Below, piece after piece: positions 1-11,472 of a stretch of 64,000 nucleotides of DNA (position 1 is its first letter; the number at the start of each line of letters is the position of its first letter). The DNA lies in NCBI GenBank assembly GCA_013239625.1, contig MU053881.1, positions 11,460,873-11,524,872 on the forward strand, given 5' to 3'. The notes beneath the pieces were generated by a model. It was not told the origin of the DNA, searched no databases, and worked only from the letters and a program-made list of their open reading frames with translations. The stretch comes from Lama guanicoe (Eukaryota). The translations under genes were made by a program, and so were the position numbers.

Positions 1-259
1 ACTGTACTAAGTCTTTCAACATACTATTATTGTAATCACATTCTTTTTATACCTGAAATAACAATATATATATATATATGTCTATATATAAGGCATTTTC
101 CCCATGTTATAAATGAGAGAAGTGAGAGAAGGGTCTTACCTACTCTCCTACTCCTAAGAAGTTTCATGCTCCCAGCCTGGTTTGACAGTGAAGCTTGTGA
201 TTCTGAAGCAGGATTTACAGCACAGTTTGCGTTCTACCCTCTGTATCAATGCTTTAAAG

Positions 260-440
260 CAGTGGTTCTCAAACCTGAGCCAGCATCAGAATCACCTAGA
301 GGACTTGTTAAACCCCAGTTCGCTGGGCCCCACCCCTAGAGTTTCTGACTCAGGAAATCCAAGGTATTACCAAAGAATTTGCATTTTAACAAGCTCCCAG
401 GTGCTGCTGATACTGCAGGACCACACACTGGGAATAATTG
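260..440. mobile_element. MER5A-like hAT-Charlie MITE with 8-bp TSD
   Basis: Starts CAGTGGTTCTCAAAC and contains 'catcagaatcacct...atttgcattttaacaagctcccaggtg'. Flanked by an identical 8-mer CTTTAAAG at 252-259 and 441-448. Confidence 0.9.
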
Positions 441-2099
441 CTTTAAAGCCATGTAAAAGATGAAGTGAATACTAGTAAGTCTTCCTGCCACCTGTTCAGA
501 TTAATCAAAATATGCCCTTTCTTGCAGCAATGTGTTTTATTATCTTGTCTCTTCCTGTAAGAGGATGCTGATATTAGGGTTAAAAAAAAAGGGGGGGGGA
601 AGGCAGCTATGACTCTAGGTATAAGCAATTTCGTTTAATGTTTAATGAAAATCTTTCAAAACTTTCTGATGCACTAAGTGGGGTGACATGAGGGTTGAGA
701 ATGAGGAAGTATGTTTCCTTTTTATTGGACCTTGGTCTTTGTTACTGATGTTTTGTGCTTTCCTTGCTTTTACATAAATGAAATGGTACATGCTAGTAAG
801 TAGCATTTCAACTTAAAATATGTCAGAAGATAAAGATTTCGTTTTTCATTTTTACAAATACGACATTAAATTCTTAGGACATGAGTCTGTTTATGTACAG
901 ATTTATATACAAAGCAATACTATACAGAGAAAGTCTATTTCTGAAGCAAATTATTATTAGGCTCAAATCTATATACCGTTTTGAAGGGAGGCAGCTGTCT
1001 TGTGAGAAAGCACTCTACAGCAGATGCAAACTTGCTATACAATAGAAGCACTATTAAGTGCGCTACTTAGCCATAAATTTGAAGGAGAAGTTTTTGGACT
1101 ATTACACGTTAAATTTAATACATCACTGTTAATTTTTAAACATCTAATAATCTTTTTAGAGATATGTCACTGTAAATGCGTCAAAGAAAAATAGTGTTGA
1201 ATTGTTCTCTACAGAATGATTAGTGCTTGTTGCTTAACATAAAACCTGAAAAATTAGAACGTTTTTTGGTACGTTTAATACTACAGGATGATATTTAAAG
1301 AGAAATCTATTTTATAGATGAGATTTCTTTGCAACATAAACAGTAATAAGTGTTGTTTCAAGGATCAGGGTCAACACCTTGACAACTGTATGCTTTTAAA
1401 ATGAGTAGATAGACTATAGTGCATATTAGTATTACTACTTTATTTTTGCACCAAAGATTATGTGCAAAGTAACTTAACACTTTGGATTTTCTTTTAACAT
1501 TATTTTTTTTTAAAGTTTAGCTTTAAAGCCTATTAAGGTTTTTTCCCCGTTTTATTTCCACTCATTAAGAGTTTAGTGGTTTGAATTTTTGTCTTCAAAT
1601 AACTTTCATGAAATAAGTAATTTTATGAATTTGCAGTAATATTGTCCATGAGATAACAAATTATATTTTCTCTCCTTTTTTTTTTTGCTTGTTCTTACTT
1701 TAAACCGATCATTTAAATGTTATGAAACCAATTCTTTCACCTCTCAAGTGCTGATATAATACAACAAAGAACTTAACAGAGGTTTGTCTTGGTTTTGATA
1801 TAATTTGCCATATTTCTCTCTTAAGTCACTGAAAAAAATATATGTATAAATTAGAAATTCATTCTTTTTTTTAATGTTTTATTTTTATTTTCCATTGCAG
1901 ACCTTTCCTGACCACGCCCTCACCACCACCACTTGAGATTTTTAAAAATTTAACATTTGAAAAAGCAATGGCCGTAACACTTTGTGTGCTGTCTGGGACT
2001 GTATTATTTTATTTTTTATAGGACTATTTTATAACGACTGGGAAAGCAGATAAACCTTACATGTTTAGTTAATCATGATACTTATGCTGGCTATAGTTC

Positions 2100-2865
2100 A
2101 GACTCTTCCTCTAACTGCATCTATTGCTTTAGGGTTGATATTGGTAAAGCTTTGTTTAATGGTATACTATAAAATCTGTTACAAGGTTAATTACAGAAAC
2201 AAGGGTGATTTCTACAAAAATGTCACAGAATCTAACATCCAAGGAATTATCAATGCAGAAAAGTGATTTTTTAAAAATCATTGTTCTCACCTTTCCCTCT
2301 ATCCATGACCATTCACTGGGTTAAAATCAGTATACTGTATCTTAAAAAAAAAAAATGGTGGGGGGAAATGTGAAAAAAGTGCTAAAAGTTGAAAAACAAT
2401 CTCAACAATCTTGTTTCATAAGGAAGGAATTTGCATTCCTTGAGTGACCTGAAGCTATCAAGTCCAAGAGTTGCCTGCATGGATGATTGTCCCCAGTGTA
2501 CCAGATAAGGGGCCTGAAATCTGCAGGGCATGGTCTCTGGAATACATTCAGGTACCTCTGCAATTATAATGAGTAGATAATAGGAGAAAGTAGAGTTCCT
2601 GGGTAGAATGCACCATTTTCGGGGGCCTTAGTAAAAGAGGGATCTGTAGGAATTTTGGTCAGAAACCAAGTGATTTCAATAGTGTTAACAGGGAACGGCA
2701 ACAGGTAAAGATCACACATTTCCAGGATGGTGAACTAGAGACACTCTTGTGTTTCCATATGGAAGTAAATATGGGTCATTCCATCATTCACAGTCACTTT
2801 GGGTAGACAGAAAGCTGTACTTCCATAGTCAACTTAGTGGTGAGATCAGATGTTCTGAATCAACT
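2100..2865 (-). pseudogene. EBLL: Endogenous bornavirus-like L (RdRp) element, downstream segment (end of capping domain and connector), frameshifted
   Basis: Minus-strand translations versus recalled BoDV-1 L, in collinear order: HH*VDYG ~ QHVFTYG; EITWFLTKIPT (around 2654-2668) ~ AEWLISKPVT; PRNSTFSYYLLIIIA ~ PCVSAGYCLGILIG; QATLGLDSFRSLKECKFLPY (2418-2477) ~ [40 protein letters not shown] (around 2200-2262) ~ [20 protein letters not shown]. The lower boundary is uncertain. Confidence 0.7.
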
Positions 2866-3638
2866 AAAGTAACACCACACACAAAAATTAGTTCAAAGTA
2901 GTCATATACCTAAATATGAGAGTAAAAACTGTACAACTCTTACAAGAAAATATTAGAGTAAATCTTTGTGACCTTGTGTCAGGTAAAATCTCTTTAGGTA
3001 TGATGCCAAATTCACAGGTGACAAGAAAAAAAAATAAATTGGATGTCATAAAAAGTAAAGTTTTTATACTTCAAAGGACATCATCAAAGTTAAAAAGTCA
3101 CCTACAGAACAGAATAAATTTGCAAATCATCTATCTGATAAGGGACTTTGTAACCAGAATATACAAAAGACACTTACAATTCAATAATAAGATAAGTAGC
3201 TAGCAAATGTGCAAAAATTTAAATACATATTTTTTAAAAAGATATGTGAATAACAATAAGCACATAAAAACACGCTCAAACATCATTAGCCATTAGTGAA
3301 ATGCAAATCAAAACCACAATGCGATACAACTTCACAGCCACTAGGATGGCTCCAATACAAAAAACAAACAAACAAAAACCAAAAACAAACCCTCCCCCCT
3401 CCAAAAAAAAACCAGCTAATAACAAACATTGGCAAGATTGTGGAGAAATTGGAATCCTCATATACTGTTGGTAGGAATATAAAATAGTGCCACCATTTTG
3501 GAAACCAGTCTGGCAGACACTCAAAAGGCTAAATATAGAGTTACTGTATGGTTTGGCTATTCCATTACTAGGTATGTCCCTAAGAAAAGTGAAAAAAGCA
3601 TCCACACAAAAACTTGTATATTAATATTTTTAGCAATA
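2866..3638 (+). mobile_element. Old L1 (L1M-type) fragment from the ORF2 3' region, truncated at both ends
   Basis: Typical L1 motifs 'aaatctttgtgaccttg', 'tttgcaaatcatctatctgataagggact', 'aaatgcaaatcaaaaccacaatgcgatac' and 'ccattttggaaaccagtctggcag'. It ends internally with no poly(A). Confidence 0.9.
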
Positions 3639-3639
3639 C

Positions 3640-4376
3640 TAGGTGTTCAAGTTGACCCAGCAAGGTGTTCTGAGCAGGAGAATCCACATTTCTGCCTGGC
3701 TGATAGCAAGTAATCAGAAACATGCCTTTGACCTGTTCATGGCATAGGGAATTACCTAAAGTCACATGTCAATTATTAGCTACATGATGAACCCCAGATT
3801 TTTCACCAAAGTGTAACAGATGTTCAAGACACATAGGATCAGAGGGGCAGGAAAGGGCAGCTTACACAGGGTTGTATCTACACAGGCTTGATTAGCCACT
3901 TTATCTGCTTCCCATGTTGTAACCAGAAGTAGTTTCACTGCTAGCAAACAGAGCATCAGCTACCTCCTCGACAAGAAATCTATGGGACTTAAGTGCAATC
4001 ATGACAAGGTCAAGTGGAATACCTTCACTTTGGGGTCAAGTCTGCCAGGCTGAAGGTTGTAGAAAGTATGGGGAAATGGCTTATCACCTGGGAAATAGAT
4101 AAGCAAATAAATGAGCATTCATAGGCTTTAAGGTACGGAAAAGAAAATCTGAAAAGTGTGAGAAGACAACAGGAGAATGGTAAATGTTAAATAAACTGAA
4201 ACAAGTTGTAGGACAAAGCACATGGGGATTCAGATTAACACTACTGAATACCTGAAGGAGCCTGGCCTTGTTTATTGACTCAGCATTCAACTCTGGAAAC
4301 AGTTCTCTCAGGAAGTGTTCCATTTTGTATACTGAAATGCTCATCATGCTTCTGCAAAGATCCCATATCTCCACCT
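3640..4376 (-). pseudogene. EBLL: Endogenous bornavirus-like L (RdRp) element, upstream segment (end of RdRp domain into the capping domain)
   Basis: In ORF 4084-4374, SMMSISVYKMEHFLRELFPELNAESINKARLLQVF (4246-4350) aligns without gaps to recalled BoDV-1 L [35 protein letters not shown] (10/35 identical). Further collinear blocks: FLFRTLKPMNAHLFAYLF ~ [30 protein letters not shown] (4049-4087) ~ IIDLFQKSSTVVS; IALKSHRF (3976-3999) ~ VALESVRY; TTSGYNM (3913-3933) ~ TTEGYNM; YTLVKNLGFIM* (3780-3815) ~ YLAAKQLRRLTW; IPYA/EQV (3730-3755, 1-nt frameshift) ~ MPFVAEQF. Confidence 0.82.
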
Positions 4377-4384
4377 TGTATCAT

Positions 4385-5762
4385 TTTCCTTTAACAGTTC
4401 TTACAGTGTGCGTGCGTCAGTGATGAATTCTTCCAGCTTTCATACGTCTGAAAAAAATCTTTATTTCACCTTCCCTTTTATATTTTATATTTTACATATT
4501 TATATTTGTTATATTATATTTTATATTATATAGCAGCTAGGTTGACATTTTTTTTTTCCTTTCAGTAGTTTAGAGATGTAGCTGTGAACCATATCTTCAT
4601 TACATTCATTATGTTCCTCTACCCATGGCTTTTTTTAAGATTTTCTCTTTATCAATGGTTTTGGTCAACTTGATTACATCATGCCTTACTGTAGCTTTCT
4701 TCATGTTTCTTCTACTTGGGTAGGTCACCTGGAGTTGTTTCACAGTTCACTGATGCTCTTTTTTTTTTTAAATACAGTCTTTTTGCTGTTTTATTATGGA
4801 TTGCTTCTGTTGCTGTCTTCAAGTTCACTAATCTTTTCTTCTGCAATGTTTAATCTGCCATAATCCCATCCTGTGTATTTTTTCAACCCAGATATTTTAG
4901 TTTTCATCCCTAGAAATTTGGTTTGGGTCTACTTGTATTTCCCATGTCTTTACTTAATGTTTGAGCATATGGAATGCAATTGTAAACACTGTTTTAATGT
5001 CTTTGCCTGCTAATTATAACATATGTGTTAGCTCTGGGTCAATTTCAGTTTACTGATTTTTCTCCTCATTATGGGACTTTCTTTCCTTTTGTATGCCTGG
5101 TTACTTTTGACCAGATGCCAGACATCATGATTTTCTTTGTCAGTATATTTTTGTATTCCTTTACGTATTTTTTGAGCTTTGTCTGGAACACAGTTAAGTT
5201 ACTCAGAAACAGTTTCATCCAAATGGGACTTGTCTTTAAGATTCACTGACAAGAACAGAGAAGTCTTTAGTCTAGGGATAGTTATACCCCATTACTGAGG
5301 CAAGATCCTTCTGATACTCTAATCCAATGACTTGCAAATGATGCATTTTTTCTAATCTGGCTGGTGGGACTAGACAATATTCCCAGCCCTGTGTATGTTC
5401 CACATATTTTTTCTGCTAATCTTTTCAGATGGTTCTTTCTTTGCATGAATGGTTTCCTCAAAAACATGTTGATAATACTCTACTAAGTACAGGGCCTCCT
5501 GTGTAGATCTCTGGACTTCTCTGTGCTGCAACACTTCTCTCTGACCTTCTCATGTCAGGCACACCCTATGAGGGTTTCTCTCATCTCTCAGTGATCACTG
5601 TCCCTCACTGCCTGATAGCCAGGGTCTTGAAAACCACTGTTCCATATGTTTTTATCTGCTGAGATTTTTGTTTCTTTTTTTTTGGCTGTTTGGGGGTAAA
5701 ACAGCTAAAAACAAAAGGGTAAATCTGGCCCCTGTTACTATATTTTGGCTAGAAATAGAAGA
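4385..5762 (-). mobile_element. Old L1 (L1M4/L1MC-like) 5'UTR-ORF1 region, antisense
   Basis: Contains 'tgatgaattcttccagctttcatacgtctgaaaaaaatctttatttcaccttc' and 'tcaagttcactaatcttttcttctgcaatgtttaatctg'. Ends with the L1 5'-end signature 'gggtaaatctggcccctgttac...ttggctagaaatagaag'. Confidence 0.8.
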
Positions 5763-6764
5763 CTTCTAGTAATTAATTCCTAACTTGAACTAAGAGTTAA
5801 TGCTTAGTTCTGATTGTGATTTGTTTATATTTATGTTTAGTTCTGATTAGTTTACATTTCTGACTCAATCTACCATTATACTTTGTCATTGTCTTAATTA
5901 GTGTGATCTCTAAAACTACTGGAGAAATGGATCAAATATTTGCTAAATATAGCACTGTTTAATTTGAAGGATTGTATTGGAGATTTGGAAGCTGATTATT
6001 ACAAATTCTGAAGAATTTTTAATTTCTCATGTCATCTTATCCTGTTTTTCCCCTAGACTAGAAGGAATGCTAGTTATACGGTTGTCATGTGTTAACAGAT
6101 TGACTAGTTTTCTGAACAACTGTATTGATTAAATAATACTTTGACTTATGTATTCATTCCAGATTTCAGTTGTGGTTCTGTATGCATATCATTAAAATTA
6201 CTTTATTAGTATTTTAGAAAGAGCAATTTAAATGTATCTCTTCTGGTAAGGTTCTCCCCATTTTCACTGATTATAATTTGTAGAAGCAAATTTCATACAG
6301 AAAATCAAGGAAACTCACATGCCATGGTTAATTGTGAAAGTTGAACTTCTAACATATTTTATCATGACTGATTAGGAAGTCTGCTTCTTAAAATTAGACA
6401 TAAATTTGCAGTGGTAGAAACCAATGATGAATGACAAAGAACTGATCCATTGTCCTTTCCTCTTTTCTGTTTTACCTAAAAGTTACTAGCATTATTCTTA
6501 GAGAGAATTATTATTCACACCATTTATATATGGTATGCAAAATTATGTATACTTAACTTGGTGCTTTTATTACATATTTTCAGTAAAATAAAATAGTAAG
6601 CAAAATATTTTCCTAGAAATCACAGTTTAACAATAGTTGGAAATCAGAAGTCCTTAGTCTCAATTGAACCCTGAATGTTCAATACTTGACCATTCTTGTG
6701 TATGTTTATTTCTTAAGCTGAATTTCAGTTTTAAAAAATGATCATGATGGCTTTGAGAAGGGGT

Positions 6765-7154
6765 AGTGTTTAAAGCAATGTAAGTTTATTCTCTTACTGT
6801 TCTGGAGATCAGATGTTTAAAATCAAAGTGTCAGCAGTGCTGTGCTCCTTCTGGAGGAAGGCTATGTTCCTTCTGTTCCTTCTATCTCCAGAATACTCTG
6901 TTTCCTTGCCCTTCTCAGTTTCAAAAGGCCCCCTGCATTCTTTGGCTCATGGCCCCCTCCTCTAACTTCCAAGTGCATCATTCCAACCTCTCATTCCTTT
7001 GTCAAATCACTTTCTCCTTGACTTACTTGCCTTCCTAAATTTTAAGAGGACATTTTAAATTACTTGCGCTCACCCAGACAATCCAGGATAACCTCCTCAT
7101 CTCAAAATCTTTAATGTGATCACATGGTGGAGGAGAATTATTCAGCCTGCAACA
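6765..7154 (-). mobile_element. MLT1 (MaLR) solo LTR, MLT1C/D-like
   Basis: Contains 'tttattctcttactgttctggag...aaatcaaagtgtcagcag', 'ttggctcatggcccc' and 'cacccagacaatccaggataacctcctcatctcaaaatctttaa'. Confidence 0.8.
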
Positions 7155-7719
7155 GCCATTCTCTCTTGGTTTTTTTCAGTCTTTTTACAAAAAAATTTTC
7201 TCTCATTTATATAAGCTACCTGCCTGGCTCTTGTGAGCACTGGTATTTGCAAATTCTAATTTCCAAAGAAAGTATACAGAGTGATCATATTACTGAAGCA
7301 GTACAACTACAGTTAGAAGTTGGCTGTCAGATTCATAATATACAAACAGGTTTCAATGAAAGTATTACATGCATTTAGCATTACTGAAGGATGCACGACA
7401 AGACACACATTTGGTGTAACATCTTCATCTCGTCAAAAGGACAACAGTTACCCAAGAACACAGCTTCTTTTGCTCTCTCACCCATATGTGGCATGGAAGG
7501 CTGGCAAACAAAAGAGCCAGTATGTGTGGGGCTCACCTTGACATAAACCGAAAATTCTCTGAATACAATATAAAAACAATTAACAGAGCACCAAGTACTA
7601 AGACTATCATAATTTTGGTAATTCATATCAAGTTTGGAAAGTTTTATGAAGGAAACACAGTATCTGTTCTTTCTCCTCTCTTTTCCCTTCTTACTTTACC
7701 TTCTCATCACCATGGTTAT

Positions 7720-9212
7720 AATCTACAGCTATTATTTACTGAACTGTCTTTTCACTCGGTATATATATGCAGTTGCCTACTACCATACTTACTTACGTAT
7801 TTTAATAGACATCTCAAATTTAACCCGTTCAAAACTGCAGTCTCCCTGTATTTCTCCCAAACCTGCTTCACCCGCTCCTCCCTTGTAGGTCGTTGATAAC
7901 TACATTCTTCCAGTGCCTCAGCACCGTGTTTCTGTCTGCCAGGAAATCTTACTAGCTTGACCATCAAAAACTGTATAAAACTGCAAGGCAGGTCAGTTTC
8001 CCCCCCAAAAACGAAGAATGAATTGTTTCAGTTATTCCTTCATTTTCTTTTTCTAACTGTGTTAAACATGTACTTTCTTCCAAAGCCATGTGGGAGAAAA
8101 GAACACGGGCTGTGGCCTCAGTAAGTGCATTTGAAACCCACACCCCTGCCAGAAATGTGTATAAAACTTTCCTCTAGAACCTGATGATGTCTTACCTCTC
8201 CCAACGGCACAGCTCCATGCTAAGCCACCATTAATCAATCAACCAATAATCACTTTGATTATTACAAGGCCTCTCTCTTATTGTAATTATGTATCCCCTC
8301 TTCACCTTAGTCTACTGTCAACACACCAACCAAGAGAGGTCTTGGCTGATCATGTGTAAAATAAGAGAAGGTCTTACAATGATGTACACAATCTGGTCCT
8401 GTTTTCTCTCTGGCGTCATCTGCTATATCTCGTCTCTGTTCTGTCCCGGCTGCACTGGTCTCTTGGATGCTGCCTTTGCCTTTCTCATTCTCCCTAAAAT
8501 GCCCTGCCCCTGAGAGCATTCCTTCCCTTCTTGCTATGGGCTGAATTGTGTCCCCCCTAAAATTTATACGTTGAAGTCCTAACCCCCACTACCTCAGAAT
8601 GTAATCATATTTAGAGAAAAGATCTTTTAAGGATGATTAAGTTAAAAAGAGGCTGTTGGGAATAGGGCCCTAATCCAATATGTCTAATGTGTTTATAACA
8701 AGAGGAAGAGACAGAAGGGATGTATGTGCACAGAGGAAAGGCCACTTGAGGACATAGCAAGACGCCAGCCATCTGCAAGGCAAGAAGAGAGTCCTCAGGA
8801 GAAATCAAACTTCCTGACCCCTTGATCTTGGACCTTCAGCCTCCAGTACTAAGAGAAAATAAATTTTTGTTGTTTAAGCCACTCATCTGTCATATTTTTT
8901 ATAATGGACCTAACAAACTAATATATTCCCTTTCACATGGTCTTTGGCCAAAAATCATATACCATGTATGACCTTCTTTGGCACCTTACCTAAAATCTGC
9001 ATACTCAGACACCTTACATCCCATTCCTTGCTTCTGTTTCCTTTCATCACATATGCAACATAATACATACTGCATTTATTTATCTTGTTTATTCCCTGTC
9101 TCCTCTATAATGTGAGCTCAATGAGGAAAGAGATTTTTGGCCTTTTTTAATGTTTTATACTGATATCTCTCTGGAATCTAGAATAGCTTCCTGCACAGAA
9201 TAAGACCTCAGA
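7720..9212 (+). mobile_element. L2 3' region in pieces, interrupted by an MLT1 LTR
   Basis: Contains 'atctcaaatttaacccgttcaaaactg' and the L2 3'-end signature 'tgtctcctctataatgtgagctcaatgagg...tctagaatagcttcctgcacagaataagacctca'. Confidence 0.65.
8532..8925 (+). mobile_element. MLT1A/B (MaLR) solo LTR
   Basis: Starts TGCTATGGGCTGAATTGTGTCCCCC and contains 'gccatctgcaaggcaagaagagagtcctcag' and 'aataaatttttgttgtttaagccac'. Ends 'aaactaatata'. Confidence 0.9.
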
Positions 9213-9777
9213 GATTTAGTAACTTGGCTGTACGTATACAAAAATTTATGTAAGGACTAACAGGAAAGACAAAATACAAAGCAACTAAAATTCACACCCT
9301 GGGAGTAGAGAGAGAGTAGAACTTAGATCTTTAACCTTTTACTGCTTATTCTCCAGAGACTCCCATTCTATAGAGAAAGAGAAAATAATTAGATGCTTAG
9401 AATATGGAAAAATGAGAGGTATAAAGAAAGTCTAGTATGCAGTAGGATTGTTGAAGGCGGACAGGTATACACAGTGACGTGTTAGGAAAGTTAGGCAAGG
9501 CTCCCTGGAGGACATTCTACTAGGATAAAAACATATTCTGGAAAGAAAACTACTAGTTGTTGCCACAGGGCCTTATGTTTCAACTTTTATGTTTTATTTT
9601 CTTTTTTTAACACATAAAAAGACAGAAGGACACAAAAATAATCCCCAGAAATTTTTCTTAGGGACTCAACAGGAAGGGAACATGACCCAATAGGCTGAGA
9701 GAGCTTAAGAGTAGTTCAAATGCCTCCAGCTTAGGAGGCATTCCTTGTTGGCTCTGTCACTTACCAGTCATTCGATT

Positions 9778-10480
9778 TAAAAATTAATAATAATTGTGGT
9801 AAAATACATATCTTAACCACTTTTAAGTATACAGTTAGTTCAGTGGTATTAAGTGTACTCATACATTGTGCAGCCACCACCATGATGCATCTCCAGAAGT
9901 CATCTTGCAAAACTCAAACTGTGTCCGCATTTAAACACTACCTCCCCCTTGCCTCCCAACCACCATTCTACTTTCCGTCTCTATGAATTTGTACTCTAGG
10001 TACTTCAGATAAGTGTAATCATACAGTATTTGTCTTTTTGTGAGTGGTTTACACCACTTAGTATAACATCCTCGAGATTCATCCATGTTGTAGCATAAGT
10101 AAGAATTCCTATCCTCTAATACTCCACTGTATGTATGTACACATTGTATTTATCTGTTCATCTGTCAAAGGCAATTGCATTGCTTCCACTTTGGGGCTGT
10201 TACGAATACTGCTGCTATTAACATGAGAGTACAAATATCTCTTTGAAACCCTGCTTTGAATTCTTTTACGTATATACCCAGAAGTGGAAATGCTGGGTCA
10301 AATGATAAATCAATCATTAATTTTTTGAGGAATAACCATACTGTTTTCCATAGTGGGTGCCCTATCTTACACCCCCACCAAGAGTGCACATGTTCTGATT
10401 TTTCCACATCTTTGCCAACATTTATTTTCTGGTTTTTGTTTCTTAATATTAGCCCTTTTAATGGATGTAAAGTGTATTGG
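9778..10480 (-). mobile_element. L1MB-like 3' end, antisense
   Basis: Contains 'aattgtggtaaaatacata', 'accaccattctactttccgtctctatgaattt' and 'tatacccagaagtggaaatgctgggtca'. Confidence 0.9.
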
Positions 10481-11309
10481 TCATTTGATTTTGAATCTAA
10501 ACTGTCTAAGTTTCTTGTCTTTTCATTTCCTGTCTTTCATTTTCACCATATTTGTTAGAAAGGACCAAAAAAAAGTACTACTTGTATATACACGTGAAAG
10601 TCCTTTGTGAAACTTAAAGAGAAATTGATTTTCAAAGGTTATTTTTTATCATTAAGATTGGTTGGATGGTCTTTCAAAGTACTATATCCTAGATTCTACT
10701 TTGTTTTGAGACTTCTTTGGCTTTTATAGAATTCTATACCTCTAGGTTTTTCTAGAAAAATATAAATTACCAAAGTAGACTCATAATTGCATACACAAAT
10801 AACCAAGGAGAAATGGAAAAAAGTGAAGCATGTCCTCCCTTCCATTCCCTGCCTATTGTTTATGAACACAAGTGTGAATTCTATAAAATTCAAGAACTAG
10901 ATAACTTAATAGCTATTTAAGTGTTTCAGAACATAGGAAAGCCCCAAATATCTTTAATTCACCCTACAAGGCTAGCAGGACCCTAAAACACAAACCAGAC
11001 TGTAAACTGGAACGGGAGGATATTAAAAACCAGAACTTACTATTGAATTATTCCAAAATGTCTAATCTGTTCATGAAATGCATTACATTAATAGGGAAAA
11101 AAAATTTCCAAAGTTGAAAAGGCAAATGATAAAATTTACTATCACTTCATAATTAAAGTAATAAACCTTCTTTGGGATTGGGTTATTAATATCCCTTAAA
11201 TACACAAATTATTTTTCATTGAGTTCATATTTATTAAAGCATCCCTGCAGAGTCAATAAAATCATTAAGGACATTAAAAGAATCAGTCCAATAAGGACTC
11301 ATATTTATA

Positions 11310-11472
11310 TGTAAGGAACAGGGTTATGCCCTTTACCTGGATTACTTCATTTAATCCCCACCAAATCCCAGGAGCTGGGTGTTTTTATTTGTTGCAGTTT
11401 TGCAGATAAAGAAATCCGTGCTCAGAGAAATTAAGTAACATACCTCAAGTCACAGAGCTAATATTAGCAGAC
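11310..11472 (-). mobile_element. MIR SINE
   Basis: MIR core 'ttttgcagataaagaaatccgtgctcagagaaattaagtaacatacctcaagtcacagagcta'. Confidence 0.8.

Noticed and set aside
900..1100. FKTVYR as a match to the L C-terminal FRPIYR, extending the EBLL
   Set aside because: A single weak match at inconsistent spacing.
2075..2266. 63-aa plus-strand ORF with a hydrophobic N-terminus
   Set aside because: It lies antisense to the EBLL frame and has no independent gene support.
4084..4374. CUE-domain or EBLN (nucleoprotein) reading of FLRELFPEL and LFAYL
   Set aside because: The spacing does not fit those families, whereas the L-protein alignment explains many more collinear blocks.
7160..7660. Cys-rich minus-strand ORF as a further bornavirus (G or L core) fragment
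   Set aside because: Only isolated short coincidences. There are no collinear blocks and no RdRp motifs such as GDNQ.
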